A stretch of DNA of 64,000 bases, from positions 1 to 64,000 of the forward strand of contig JBFGJG010000024.1 in NCBI GenBank assembly GCA_041577295.1, in the 5' to 3' direction. Shown one piece after another: positions 55,861 to 64,000 of this stretch (positions are counted from its first letter, which is position 1; every line of letters starts with the position of its first letter). Under the pieces are notes generated by a model, which ran no database searches, had not been told where the DNA came from, and worked only from the letters and a program-made list of their open reading frames with translations. This stretch comes from Gemmatimonadales bacterium (GTDB taxonomy: Bacteria > Gemmatimonadota > Gemmatimonadetes > Gemmatimonadales > GWC2-71-9). The position numbers and the translations under genes are program-made.

Positions 55861-57492
55861 CTAAACCAACTCGTGCTCGTAGGCGTACGCCGTCGCTGCG
55901 GCCCGAGTTGAAAGACCGAGCTTGGTGAAGATGTTGCTTACGTGGCGTGCCACGGTTTTCTCGCTGATGGAGAGGTCATCGGCGATCGTTTTGTTGGTCT
56001 TGCCCGCTGCGACGAGGCGGAGGACCTGCAGCTCCCGCGACGTCAGACCGTGTGAGTCCGCGGACCCCGTGCTGCGCGTCAGCGATTCGAGTCGGGCAAG
56101 GTCGGGTGCTGCTCCCAGGCGCTGGAACACCGTCTTGGCCGCGTGTAGTTCGAGCGCGCAGCCGTCATCATCCCCAAGCACCCGACAAGCGAGGCCGTTC
56201 AGCACTCGCACCCGTGCCACCATGTATGGGGCGTCGACGCCCTGCCACACCTTCAGGGCGTCGCGCAGCGAGGCGAGCGCGGCGTGCGCGTCTCCTTGCG
56301 CGAGCTCAACGGCGCCCCGTGACCCGGATGCCATCGCAGCGAGCACGTCGGTTGGGAAGCTCATCGAGATCTGATCCAACTCGGCACAAGCCGTCGCGGC
56401 CTCCTGGACGTCGCCGACCGCCAACATGATCTCGACGTATGCCGGCAACAGCCGCGCGCGGTCGAGCGGTCCTGTAGTGGCACTCAGGACCCGGCGGATT
56501 GCAGCGTCGGCTGCTTGGAGACGGTCCTGGGCGAGCCGTAACAAGGCGAGCCCTGGCTGGGGATCCCTCCCGCCCTGACTCGCCTCCCGATACGCTTCCT
56601 CCGCTGCGGCGAACTCTCCACGCAATCGGTGTACCTCAGCCTGCTGATAGAACGCGGACGCGGGAGGTCTTCTGTCGAGGCTGCGAGACCGCTCGCATGC
56701 CCGTCTGGCCTCCTCGATGGCATCGGGCCACGCGCCGCGGAGTTGCATGATCTCGGCGCGGCGCACCAGGCAGGTCGTGGTGAACGCCATCATTTCTGGT
56801 TGCTGTTCACACCATCGTGCGAGCGCCGACGTCCACTCCTGCGCGCGACCCAACGCGTAGGCGATCTGGCACGCCTCGATCACGCTGCAATAGACGAGGC
56901 CGCTAACGATCGGCGACAGTTCCCCCGCGACAACCGCGACCATTGCCTCGTCGAGCAACGCCAAGCCCTCCTCGACTTGGCCTTGGAGAATGAGCGCACG
57001 GCCCTGGAGCTGCCGGGCACACGCCACGAGATCGGCATCGCCGAACCGTTCGCCGATTGAGACTGCCGCCGACGCGACGCGATGTGCGGCAGCGACGTCA
57101 CCTTCGAGGAAATGCTTTTCGGTTACCGGAAGCTGGAGATATCCCTGTTCGACGCAGTCACGACCCTCGAGCAGCCGCTGTGCGCGGGCGAGCCATCCCA
57201 CGGCCTGTGCCGCTTGACCCCGAAGGAGCAGGCTGAGACCAGCCCAGAAAGCACAGCGCGCTGCACGGACTTCGTCGTCGGCGGTAAGGTGAGCTTGGTG
57301 GGCACGTTCGAGTACGTCCACGAACTCGTCGTCGCGGCTGAGCAGATATGCCGAGACCGCCAGCAGCTCGAGATCGTCGGCGCCAAGCGGGGTTGTTTGA
57401 TCCGCAAGCAGGAAGGACCGGTGCGCATCCGCCCATGCCCGGCGTCGGTAGCATTCGCGACCCTGTTCTAGGTGGCGGTGCGTATCAATCAT
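55861..57492 (-). CDS. TPR-like + LuxR-family HTH transcriptional regulator
   Basis: Helical repeats, then GLTSRELQVLRLVAAGKTNKTIADDLSISEKTVARHVSNIFTKLG. Confidence 0.92.
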   Translation of the reverse strand: MIDTHRHLEQGRECYRRRAWADAHRSFLLADQTTPLGADDLELLAVSAYLLSRDDEFVDVLERAHQAHLTADDEVRAARCAFWAGLSLLLRGQAAQAVGWLARAQRLLEGRDCVEQGYLQLPVTEKHFLEGDVAAAHRVASAAVSIGERFGDADLVACARQLQGRALILQGQVEEGLALLDEAMVAVVAGELSPIVSGLVYCSVIEACQIAYALGRAQEWTSALARWCEQQPEMMAFTTTCLVRRAEIMQLRGAWPDAIEEARRACERSRSLDRRPPASAFYQQAEVHRLRGEFAAAEEAYREASQGGRDPQPGLALLRLAQDRLQAADAAIRRVLSATTGPLDRARLLPAYVEIMLAVGDVQEAATACAELDQISMSFPTDVLAAMASGSRGAVELAQGDAHAALASLRDALKVWQGVDAPYMVARVRVLNGLACRVLGDDDGCALELHAAKTVFQRLGAAPDLARLESLTRSTGSADSHGLTSRELQVLRLVAAGKTNKTIADDLSISEKTVARHVSNIFTKLGLSTRAAATAYAYEHELV

Positions 57493-57539
57493 TGGGGCTA
57501 CTTGACGGAAGCGTTGGTCGCCGGTGGAGAGACTGATTC

Positions 57540-58028
57540 TCAGTCGACTCCATAGGAATCGACAGTCGTGTATTCACGCTTTGATCCGTCAAAGGCGTCG
57601 AAGATTTCACGATGACGCTTCAGGCCATACTCGTCATCACGCGTCTCGTACTCGCGAACCCACTGGATGAGCTGATCGAGCATCGCACGTTGCTCCTTCG
57701 GTGTGGAGAACTTCTCGGGCTCCCAAGGGCGCGCCTGGCAGTGACGCACGCAGGTGTCCACCCCCGGGTTCAGAAAGCGCAGTTCCGTACAGTGGGGGAG
57801 CGCGGCCTCGACCAAATCGCTATAGCACCCCTCAATCACCCATTCGTCATTGCGCTCCAAAAACTCTCGTAGCTCAACGAGGCTTGCTTTGAGCGGCATT
57901 CGTTCGGTGCCTTCATTCCATGCAATCTCGTCTAACGACAGGCGCGGTACGGCCGTATTGCCAATGAGCCGCCGAGCCATCGTGCTCTTGCCGGCCCCGG
58001 CGTTGCCGAGGAGCACGATTCTCATCAT
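57540..58028 (-). CDS. P-loop kinase (shikimate/adenylate kinase-like, FlaR-like)
   Basis: GNAGAGKST, LSLDEIAW and WVIEGCY. Confidence 0.82.
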   Translation of the reverse strand: MMRIVLLGNAGAGKSTMARRLIGNTAVPRLSLDEIAWNEGTERMPLKASLVELREFLERNDEWVIEGCYSDLVEAALPHCTELRFLNPGVDTCVRHCQARPWEPEKFSTPKEQRAMLDQLIQWVREYETRDDEYGLKRHREIFDAFDGSKREYTTVDSYGVD

Positions 58029-58111
58029 TCGAGATAATCACGGGTCATGTCTCGCAACGTGCGGGCGAATAGAGCCACAGTTCACCCCGGGTTGCTGCAT
58101 ACGCTTCCATG

Positions 58112-58471
58112 CTACTCACGGCGACGATCGTACTCAGCCACGAGACGCTTTGGAGCGCTGAGACGCCACGCCTGCTCGAGCACCGCGCGTAGATCTTCCT
58201 CGCCAACGCGGGAGAGCCGAACGAGCACGCTGGGATAGCCATGGTAGTGGTCGGTCGTGAAGAACGTCTCCGGCTCTGCCAGCATGCGAAAGTCTCGTTC
58301 GTCGAAGCCACACTTGACGACCAGTATCTCGTCATCACGGAGACGTGCCAGAAACTTCCGACGCACCCTGAAGCCAGGGGTTCCGTAGCAAGGGCCTTCT
58401 TCGACGCCGGGAAAGCTCAAGAGAAGCTCTCGTGCGATTTGAGCGGTGACCGCTGGTCGGTTGGCTTTCAT
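58112..58471 (-). CDS. MmcQ/YjbR-family protein
   Basis: YGTPGFRVR, FFTTDHYHGYPSVLVRL and AWRLSAPK. ATGA coupling. Confidence 0.88.
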   Translation of the reverse strand: MKANRPAVTAQIARELLLSFPGVEEGPCYGTPGFRVRRKFLARLRDDEILVVKCGFDERDFRMLAEPETFFTTDHYHGYPSVLVRLSRVGEEDLRAVLEQAWRLSAPKRLVAEYDRRRE

Positions 58472-59498
58472 TGTATGACGCACTCTTCGCAGCGTACGGT
58501 GCGCAGCGGTTCACCATCGATCAAACGGGCGATCCATTCACGGAGCGAGACGCCATCTTCCTCATATTGGTAGAATCGATCCGTACGTAGGAGCCCATGA
58601 TCGGCCCCGGACACTATAAAGGAACGGAAGTTGTCGAACCGCAGGCCGAGCGTGTCGAGCATCTGGTAGGTGACGTGGCGCCAGCGCGGTGAACCGGAAA
58701 TCAGATAAAAGGCGCTCTGGATGGCATCTCGGTCGGACGTGATCTGTGCGAGGCGGACAGTGCCTTGAACGGAAGCGTAGGCGTGGGCAGCGAGCAAGTT
58801 GGGCGGTGGCGCATCAGTTTGCCAGATGGCGCGCAACACGGTGGGGGCTCCCCAATGCTCGAGGATGGTGGGGTACTCGTGGAGCAGCGGAACGCCCGAA
58901 TCACCGATCATGATCACGGTCGCATCCGGAAACAAGCGGTTGATTGCCGGCGCGTAGAACAACGCCCCATAGGAGCCGGCGCTTGCTCCTGCGACCACCA
59001 CACGGCGGGGCTGGGCGCGTGGGGTCAGCCATTCGAGCACAGCCGTCACATTACGATGGCCGTTATGAGCGACCACGGAGGTGGAATCATCGCCGTACTG
59101 TCGTGTGGCCGCCCCGACGTGTACGTCGCCAGTACAATACGGCACGAAGACGATTCCAAAGTTGCGGAACGGATTCTCGATGTTGGATCGATCAAAGATG
59201 CCACGGAATTCCCGTAGCTCGTCACTGGACACGCTCGTGTCGAACAGGCCCGAACAGCTCAGCCAGTCCCAACAGGCGCCTCCTCCCTGGAAGTAGATCA
59301 GGAGATCTTCCGCGCCACTCAGCTGCCGATGAAAGAAGTGAAACGGGGTGCCGAACGCGCATCCAGTTTCGCCAGCTGGGCTCTCGCGGACCCACGCGTC
59401 TCGAGACGTCGTTGGTGATTGGGCCACGAGCTGGTACGGGGTCCCGGCCATGTAAACGAGGGTGAGGAGGACCAGGTACCACGTCGAGCCGGGGTTAA
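58468..59498 (-). CDS. pectin acetylesterase-family hydrolase (start uncertain)
   Basis: YFQGGGACW, PYCTGDVH, GASAGSYG and DSG. Confidence 0.85.
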
Positions 59499-60016
59499 TC
59501 GAGCCCACCGGCGGATTTGAGTAGCCGCCGTGCGCGAGCGGCTCGCACAACGTTGGGGTCGGCGTCGGTCGGTACGGCCTGGAGCATGGCAATGTATTCG
59601 CCGGGGAGCCCGTGCTCCCTCGCACCCATGACCACCAGTTGCTTGTACCAGTGAAACGGACGCAGGGACGAGTCGATAACGCCGGATGCCGCGACGTATG
59701 TGAATGCCTCTTCAGCGCCGTAATCGGTGTGAACGACGATCCGTTCGGCGTGGTACTGCGAACCGAGTCCCTCCACGTTGTCGAGCCGCGCTCGATGGGC
59801 TGGATCGATCTCGAACACCACTCCCCAAACGAGGTCCTCGTCACGCTCGCCGGGGTGAATGGTGCACTTGCCAGAGCCGTCGAGACCTCGTTTGTGAAAG
59901 CGCATCGACCGCTTTCGCAGAAAGGCCCTCATGCGTGCGAATGCCGACGGCGCGCGCGCCTGCAATCGTCGCGTGCACATGTTGGAACCGTAGGCGAAGT
60001 AGAGGCAGGGGTCCAC
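59495..60016 (-). CDS. gamma-glutamylcyclotransferase-family protein
   Basis: YFAYGSNM, VWGV, LDNVEG and GAREHGLP. AAGGGAG RBS. Confidence 0.88.
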   Translation of the reverse strand: MDPCLYFAYGSNMCTRRLQARAPSAFARMRAFLRKRSMRFHKRGLDGSGKCTIHPGERDEDLVWGVVFEIDPAHRARLDNVEGLGSQYHAERIVVHTDYGAEEAFTYVAASGVIDSSLRPFHWYKQLVVMGAREHGLPGEYIAMLQAVPTDADPNVVRAARARRLLKSAGGLD

Positions 60017-60110
60017 GCGGAGATCTCCCTTGGTGGCGGTGCCAAAGGATTGAGTTAACAAAGTAGCTCAAAACCGCCCGACGATGCTAGGAAGGCAGGA
60101 CATTGGATCT

Positions 60111-61091
60111 TTAGCGTCCTTCCTGTTCGTAAACATAGTGAAACGTGCGCGTTCGCTCTTGGTACACGGTAGCCTGGCCTTCACCCGGTACCTCGATGTC
60201 ACCGCCAAAAACCTGGATGATGTCGAGGCGGTGTGGGACCATTCCCCTCGGTTCGGTTAGCAACCGGATGTAATTCTCCAGATCCAGTTTTCGGTAAACG
60301 ATCCGTCCTTCGGCGAGCTCAGGGGCGGCCTCACCAAAAACGGCTTCCAGAAGGGTGGCGAGAGAATCGGCGTCTGGGACGGATATCATCTCGAGGACCA
60401 CACACGATGAGTCGGTGCGCTCCTCGGAACATGGAGCGCGTTCCAAAAAGGAAAACTCGTATACGAAAGGAATCGTGCGACCCGGGAAGATCGGGATGGG
60501 CTCATCGGCCTCGAGTTGATACACGGCGCCGAGTTCGAACTCGGCGTCCCTCCACAGGCCAATCAATGCATTCCAATCCTCGAGCGCTTTCGCTTCGAAG
60601 TAGGCCTGAGAGAGCATGCGCTCGAGCAGGCGATTGAATCCCCCGGCCTCGGGAGGTAGGGAGTCCAGCATAGGTTGGAGCAGGGCGCGGACCTGAGCGA
60701 CCATCTGGTCAATCCCGGAAATCTCGATGACGTCTCCCGCACTGTCGATGACCAGGGCCGGCATGAACGTGCCAATCTGCTCGGTGAGCTGCTGCATGAT
60801 CTCTCCACCGTCCTGCAGGGGATCGCCGACCAGCTCGAAGTCGTCGAACGATACGACCCGGCCAGCACCATGCTCGCGCACGTGCATCGAGTAGGTGACA
60901 GCCGCGCCGGTCGTATCGACGGATTCGCCGTTGTCGCGAATCTGTTCCCGAACATGGGTGATGCGCGCCGAGAGACCCACCGGCCAGTGAAACGACAGCG
61001 TGACGACGTCGACGGAATCGATTTGAGCCCCGAGGGGGCCGGCGAAGCTAAGCACTCCCAGCAGCGAGATCAGCGTCTTGGTGCCTTGCAT
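60111..61091 (-). CDS. hypothetical exported protein
   Basis: Signal peptide ending LGAQ; acidic soluble domain. Confidence 0.7.
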   Translation of the reverse strand: MQGTKTLISLLGVLSFAGPLGAQIDSVDVVTLSFHWPVGLSARITHVREQIRDNGESVDTTGAAVTYSMHVREHGAGRVVSFDDFELVGDPLQDGGEIMQQLTEQIGTFMPALVIDSAGDVIEISGIDQMVAQVRALLQPMLDSLPPEAGGFNRLLERMLSQAYFEAKALEDWNALIGLWRDAEFELGAVYQLEADEPIPIFPGRTIPFVYEFSFLERAPCSEERTDSSCVVLEMISVPDADSLATLLEAVFGEAAPELAEGRIVYRKLDLENYIRLLTEPRGMVPHRLDIIQVFGGDIEVPGEGQATVYQERTRTFHYVYEQEGR

Positions 61092-61107
61092 ACGCCTCCA
61101 CGGTAGA

Positions 61108-62514
61108 TCAAGCCACAGCACGGGCCGGGACGATGTTCGCGTTCTGCCGGAACAAGTTCTTTGGGTCGTACTTGATCTTGAGCGCGACGAGCCGGTCGTA
61201 ATTCAATCCATATGCTTCACGCACCCGCCGCTCACCTTCCTCCACTGCGTCCTCCAGCGCGTTGACATAAAGTGCACGCTCGACGAAAGGGGATGCCGCG
61301 GCCCAGCACTCTCGCGCCCACTGGACCATGCTATCGATGTTGGCTGGGTCGTCCGTCGCTGGGTGGACCAACATATCGAAGTGATCGTACCGGTGCGGGA
61401 AGGCTGTCTGGTCTGCGGGGATGCGGCTTGCGGTTCCGTGGAGCTGCTGAAACGCGATGTTCGATACGGGGGTCGGCAACCGGTTTCCATACTCCAGCAC
61501 GATCCCAATTACATCATCTGACAGGGAGCGGACGTTGTGCGCCTTGTTGTAGTAGTATCGTCCTGCAGGCCACACGTCGTCGAGAAATGCCTGCATGGCT
61601 ACGTATGGGCGGGGTTCAATGAGGTCCACCAGCGGCGTTGCGAAGGTCCGCAGCGGCTGCAGCACTTTTTCTCCTACGCTTGGCGCACCGCAGTGAGATA
61701 CGACAATCCCAAACGCCGGGGTGCCATCCGGTGCGGTGAGCACCGTACCCACGGTTGTAACCTCGTCCGGAGCACCCATCGAGAACTCGTTGAAAAAGCG
61801 TAACACCGCAGCATTGAGCGGGTAGACAACCATACCGCCCATCACCGTCGTGACCGGGTGCAACACATATTCGAACCTGGTGACCACACCAAAGTTTGCC
61901 CCTGCGCCTCGCAGGCCCCAGAACAGATCGGCATGTTGGTCGGTGTTCGCCTCGAGCACGGAAGCATCGGCTGTCACCACCTCGGCAGAAACCAGGTTGT
62001 CGCACGCTAGTCCGTACTTGCCTGCGAGCCATCCGTAGCCACCGCCGAGCGTGAGGCCGGCGATACCCGTGTCGGTGTTGACTCCGAGCGTGGTCGCGAG
62101 ACTAAATTCGTGCGTGGCACGATCGAACTCGCCGAGTCGCAAGCCAGCTTCCGCTCGCGCCCTGCGAGTCTCCGGATCGACGCTTATGTCTTTCATTGGA
62201 GATAGGTCGATCATGAGGCCACCCTCGCAGACAGCCTTTCCAGCGTAGTTGTGCCCACCACCGCGCACCGAGAGCAGCAAGTCGTGTTCTTTTGCAAAGT
62301 TCACACAAGCAACGACGTCACTCGTCGTCGCGCACCTCGCTATTAGTCCCGGGTGCTTGTCGACCATGGCGTTCCAAACAGTTCGGGCTGCATCGTAGCC
62401 CGGGTCCCGCGGCAACAGCGCCTGACCTCTCAGCTGCGTGGTGAAGTTACTGAGTCGAGACCGAGAAATCCGTCGCTCTCCGCCATCGATGGTGGCAAGC
62501 TGTAGTTCTCGCAT
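61108..62514 (-). CDS. FAD-binding oxidoreductase (VAO/BBE family)
   Basis: VRGGGHNY (covalent-FAD His), GLTLGGG, LRGAGANFGVVT and KYDPKNLF. Confidence 0.92.
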   Translation of the reverse strand: MRELQLATIDGGERRISRSRLSNFTTQLRGQALLPRDPGYDAARTVWNAMVDKHPGLIARCATTSDVVACVNFAKEHDLLLSVRGGGHNYAGKAVCEGGLMIDLSPMKDISVDPETRRARAEAGLRLGEFDRATHEFSLATTLGVNTDTGIAGLTLGGGYGWLAGKYGLACDNLVSAEVVTADASVLEANTDQHADLFWGLRGAGANFGVVTRFEYVLHPVTTVMGGMVVYPLNAAVLRFFNEFSMGAPDEVTTVGTVLTAPDGTPAFGIVVSHCGAPSVGEKVLQPLRTFATPLVDLIEPRPYVAMQAFLDDVWPAGRYYYNKAHNVRSLSDDVIGIVLEYGNRLPTPVSNIAFQQLHGTASRIPADQTAFPHRYDHFDMLVHPATDDPANIDSMVQWARECWAAASPFVERALYVNALEDAVEEGERRVREAYGLNYDRLVALKIKYDPKNLFRQNANIVPARAVA

Positions 62515-62558
62515 GGAACCCTCCTCCACACGCGAACGGTGTGGCTAAACGAGACACA

Positions 62559-63341
62559 CTAACGGCGTCGTTGCGCGAACAGCCATTGGGTGAACCGATC
62601 GGAGGCATACGCCGCATCCCATGTCTCGTGACCAAGCCCCAGGTATTCGGTGTACGTCACGTTCGCCGAGACAGACTGCAGCGCGGCCGCGGGCTCACGC
62701 GATCCGGTCACCGGTACGACCAAATCCATCTCTCCGTGGAAGATCCAAATGGGGAGGTTAGCAAGCCGATGGGCGAGTGCCTGCATGGGTGGTCCATCTT
62801 CGAGCGGCACGACTGGAACGGAGCCCGCAAAATCGGGCATGTCTGGCACCCAGCCGCATATCGGCGCAATTGCAGCGAAGAGCTCCGGGTGCCGATATGC
62901 GAGATACCAGGTCCCATGCCCACCCATCGAGAGGCCGGTGAGGTACACCCGCTTTCGGTCGACGCGGAATTCACTGAGCGTGTGTTCTAGTGCTGCAAGC
63001 GCCATCTCGGCCGGTACGCCGACCCACAGAGAATCGGCTGGAACTTGCGGAAAGACCGCGATGGCGGGGTAGCGCGCTGGATCCCGACGGATCGCGGGTC
63101 CGAGACCCACCGTGGTCTGGAGAAGACCATCGCTGCCGCGTTCACCGGCTCCATGGAGAAAGAGGATCACCGGCCAGTCGGTGCGGGTCTCGTAGTCGGC
63201 AGGGACGTACACCTGATACCGATATTGCTCATCCGCAATGGTGACCGTCCGGTCGAGGAACCCAGTGCCGCCGCCCTGAGCCCTCATGGGATTCGTGGTG
63301 AGCAAAAGAGCGGCGGTAACGGTGAGCATCGTTCCTAGCAC
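62559..63341 (-). CDS. secreted esterase / predicted peptidase (alpha/beta hydrolase)
   Basis: FLHGAGERG, GLSMGG, FHGEMD and GHETW. GGAGG-N5-GTG start. Confidence 0.88.
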   Translation of the reverse strand: MLGTMLTVTAALLLTTNPMRAQGGGTGFLDRTVTIADEQYRYQVYVPADYETRTDWPVILFLHGAGERGSDGLLQTTVGLGPAIRRDPARYPAIAVFPQVPADSLWVGVPAEMALAALEHTLSEFRVDRKRVYLTGLSMGGHGTWYLAYRHPELFAAIAPICGWVPDMPDFAGSVPVVPLEDGPPMQALAHRLANLPIWIFHGEMDLVVPVTGSREPAAALQSVSANVTYTEYLGLGHETWDAAYASDRFTQWLFAQRRR

Positions 63342-63375
63342 GATATCCTCCGGAGTGGAGATCTGTCCTATCCGG

Positions 63376-63836
63376 TCACTCTGTGCGCGCCGCTGAAAAC
63401 CCCCCGTCACCCGTCAAGAGACCGAGCTGGCTCATCGCATCGAAACGAACCGAGTAGGGCGCCATGCGCACCACCTTCCCGTCACGCACCTCAAACACTA
63501 TGCAGTCCGGGAGCCGTACGCTGCGACCGGTCGGTGGACGCGAGAGACCGGGAAGCCGGATCGGACCGGTGTTCGTTCCTTCCCGGACCACCTCGGCGAA
63601 CCCGTGGGCTCCGTCCGCAAACGCGTTCGTTACGGTGACCCTCAAATCCGGAAGCGCCTCTAGGGTGGTGCTGACCGCTTTGACGATGGCCTCCGGTCCA
63701 GTGACCGTTTCGGGACCACCCGACACCTGAGGACAGCGTCGTCGGCCAGAAGTTCGCGAAACGCGTTGAGATCATGCCGGTGGAAAGCGGCAAACACTTG
63801 TCGAATGACGGTAAGGGTTTCGCTCGGTGTGGTCAT
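63376..63836 (-). pseudogene. SnoaL-like ester cyclase with a 1-nt frameshift near 63728
   Basis: MTTPSETLTVIRQVFAAFHRHDLNAFRELLADDAVL continues in another frame as VSGGPETVTGPEAI...GTNTG...PTGRSV...FEVRDGKV. The junction reads GTC CTC AG GTG. Confidence 0.75.
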
Positions 63837-64000
63837 GACCGTCAAAGGTCTAAATGTCGGTTGCGCGATTCGCAGGAAGATAAGATCCCAATGGGCCTCC
63901 GGGCAGAGATACGTCGCCCTCGAAGACGCCGCCCGGGGAGGGATCAACAGGAGGGAGTTCCCTCCTCGAGCAGCGATTCCCTCCCTATGCAGGGGTCAGC

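Noticed and set aside
32700..63900. Integron cassette array (attC sites)
   Set aside because: Scattered GTTRRRY/RYYYAAC heptamers (e.g. 27145, 35156, 36365, 39700, 39822, 44186) are not paired into attC hairpins with L boxes. Many genes overlap with no spacer, and there is no intI.
1..64000. CRISPR array, rRNA, intact IS/transposase, prophage
   Set aside because: No regularly spaced repeats, rRNA-like stretches, DDE/HUH/recombinase ORFs or phage structural genes were seen.

Overview
High-GC bacterial chromosomal window. It looks Gemmatimonadota-like, but this is only an inference from the gene families present. The left 11 kb holds a truncated transaldolase/phosphoglucose-isomerase fusion, a flavoprotein disulfide reductase-thioesterase-DinB operon, an OmpR-type two-component pair, ferritin and a large BNR/VPS10-repeat protein. 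From about 11.2 kb to the end, roughly 65 mostly short and functionally unrelated genes lie on the minus strand, with marR the only exception. They include DinB, VOC, GNAT, SnoaL/NTF2, RidA, ankyrin and hydrolase genes, and several gene remnants are interspersed. Items absent from the ORF track: (i) a 37-aa ribosomal protein Thx (bS31) gene at 16736-16849; (ii) an about 120-150 nt rod-like candidate structured RNA at 33836-33986 (+), with a duplicated 3' end; (iii) an 87-nt four-way-junction candidate RNA at 4725-4811 (-). An orphan two-gene cassette at 27.2-32.6 kb encodes a NeuD/PglD-type acyltransferase and a single-module formyltransferase-A(monooxygenase-interrupted)-PCP enzyme with no release domain. 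No rRNA, tRNA, CRISPR array, intact transposase or integrase, or convincing attC array was seen.
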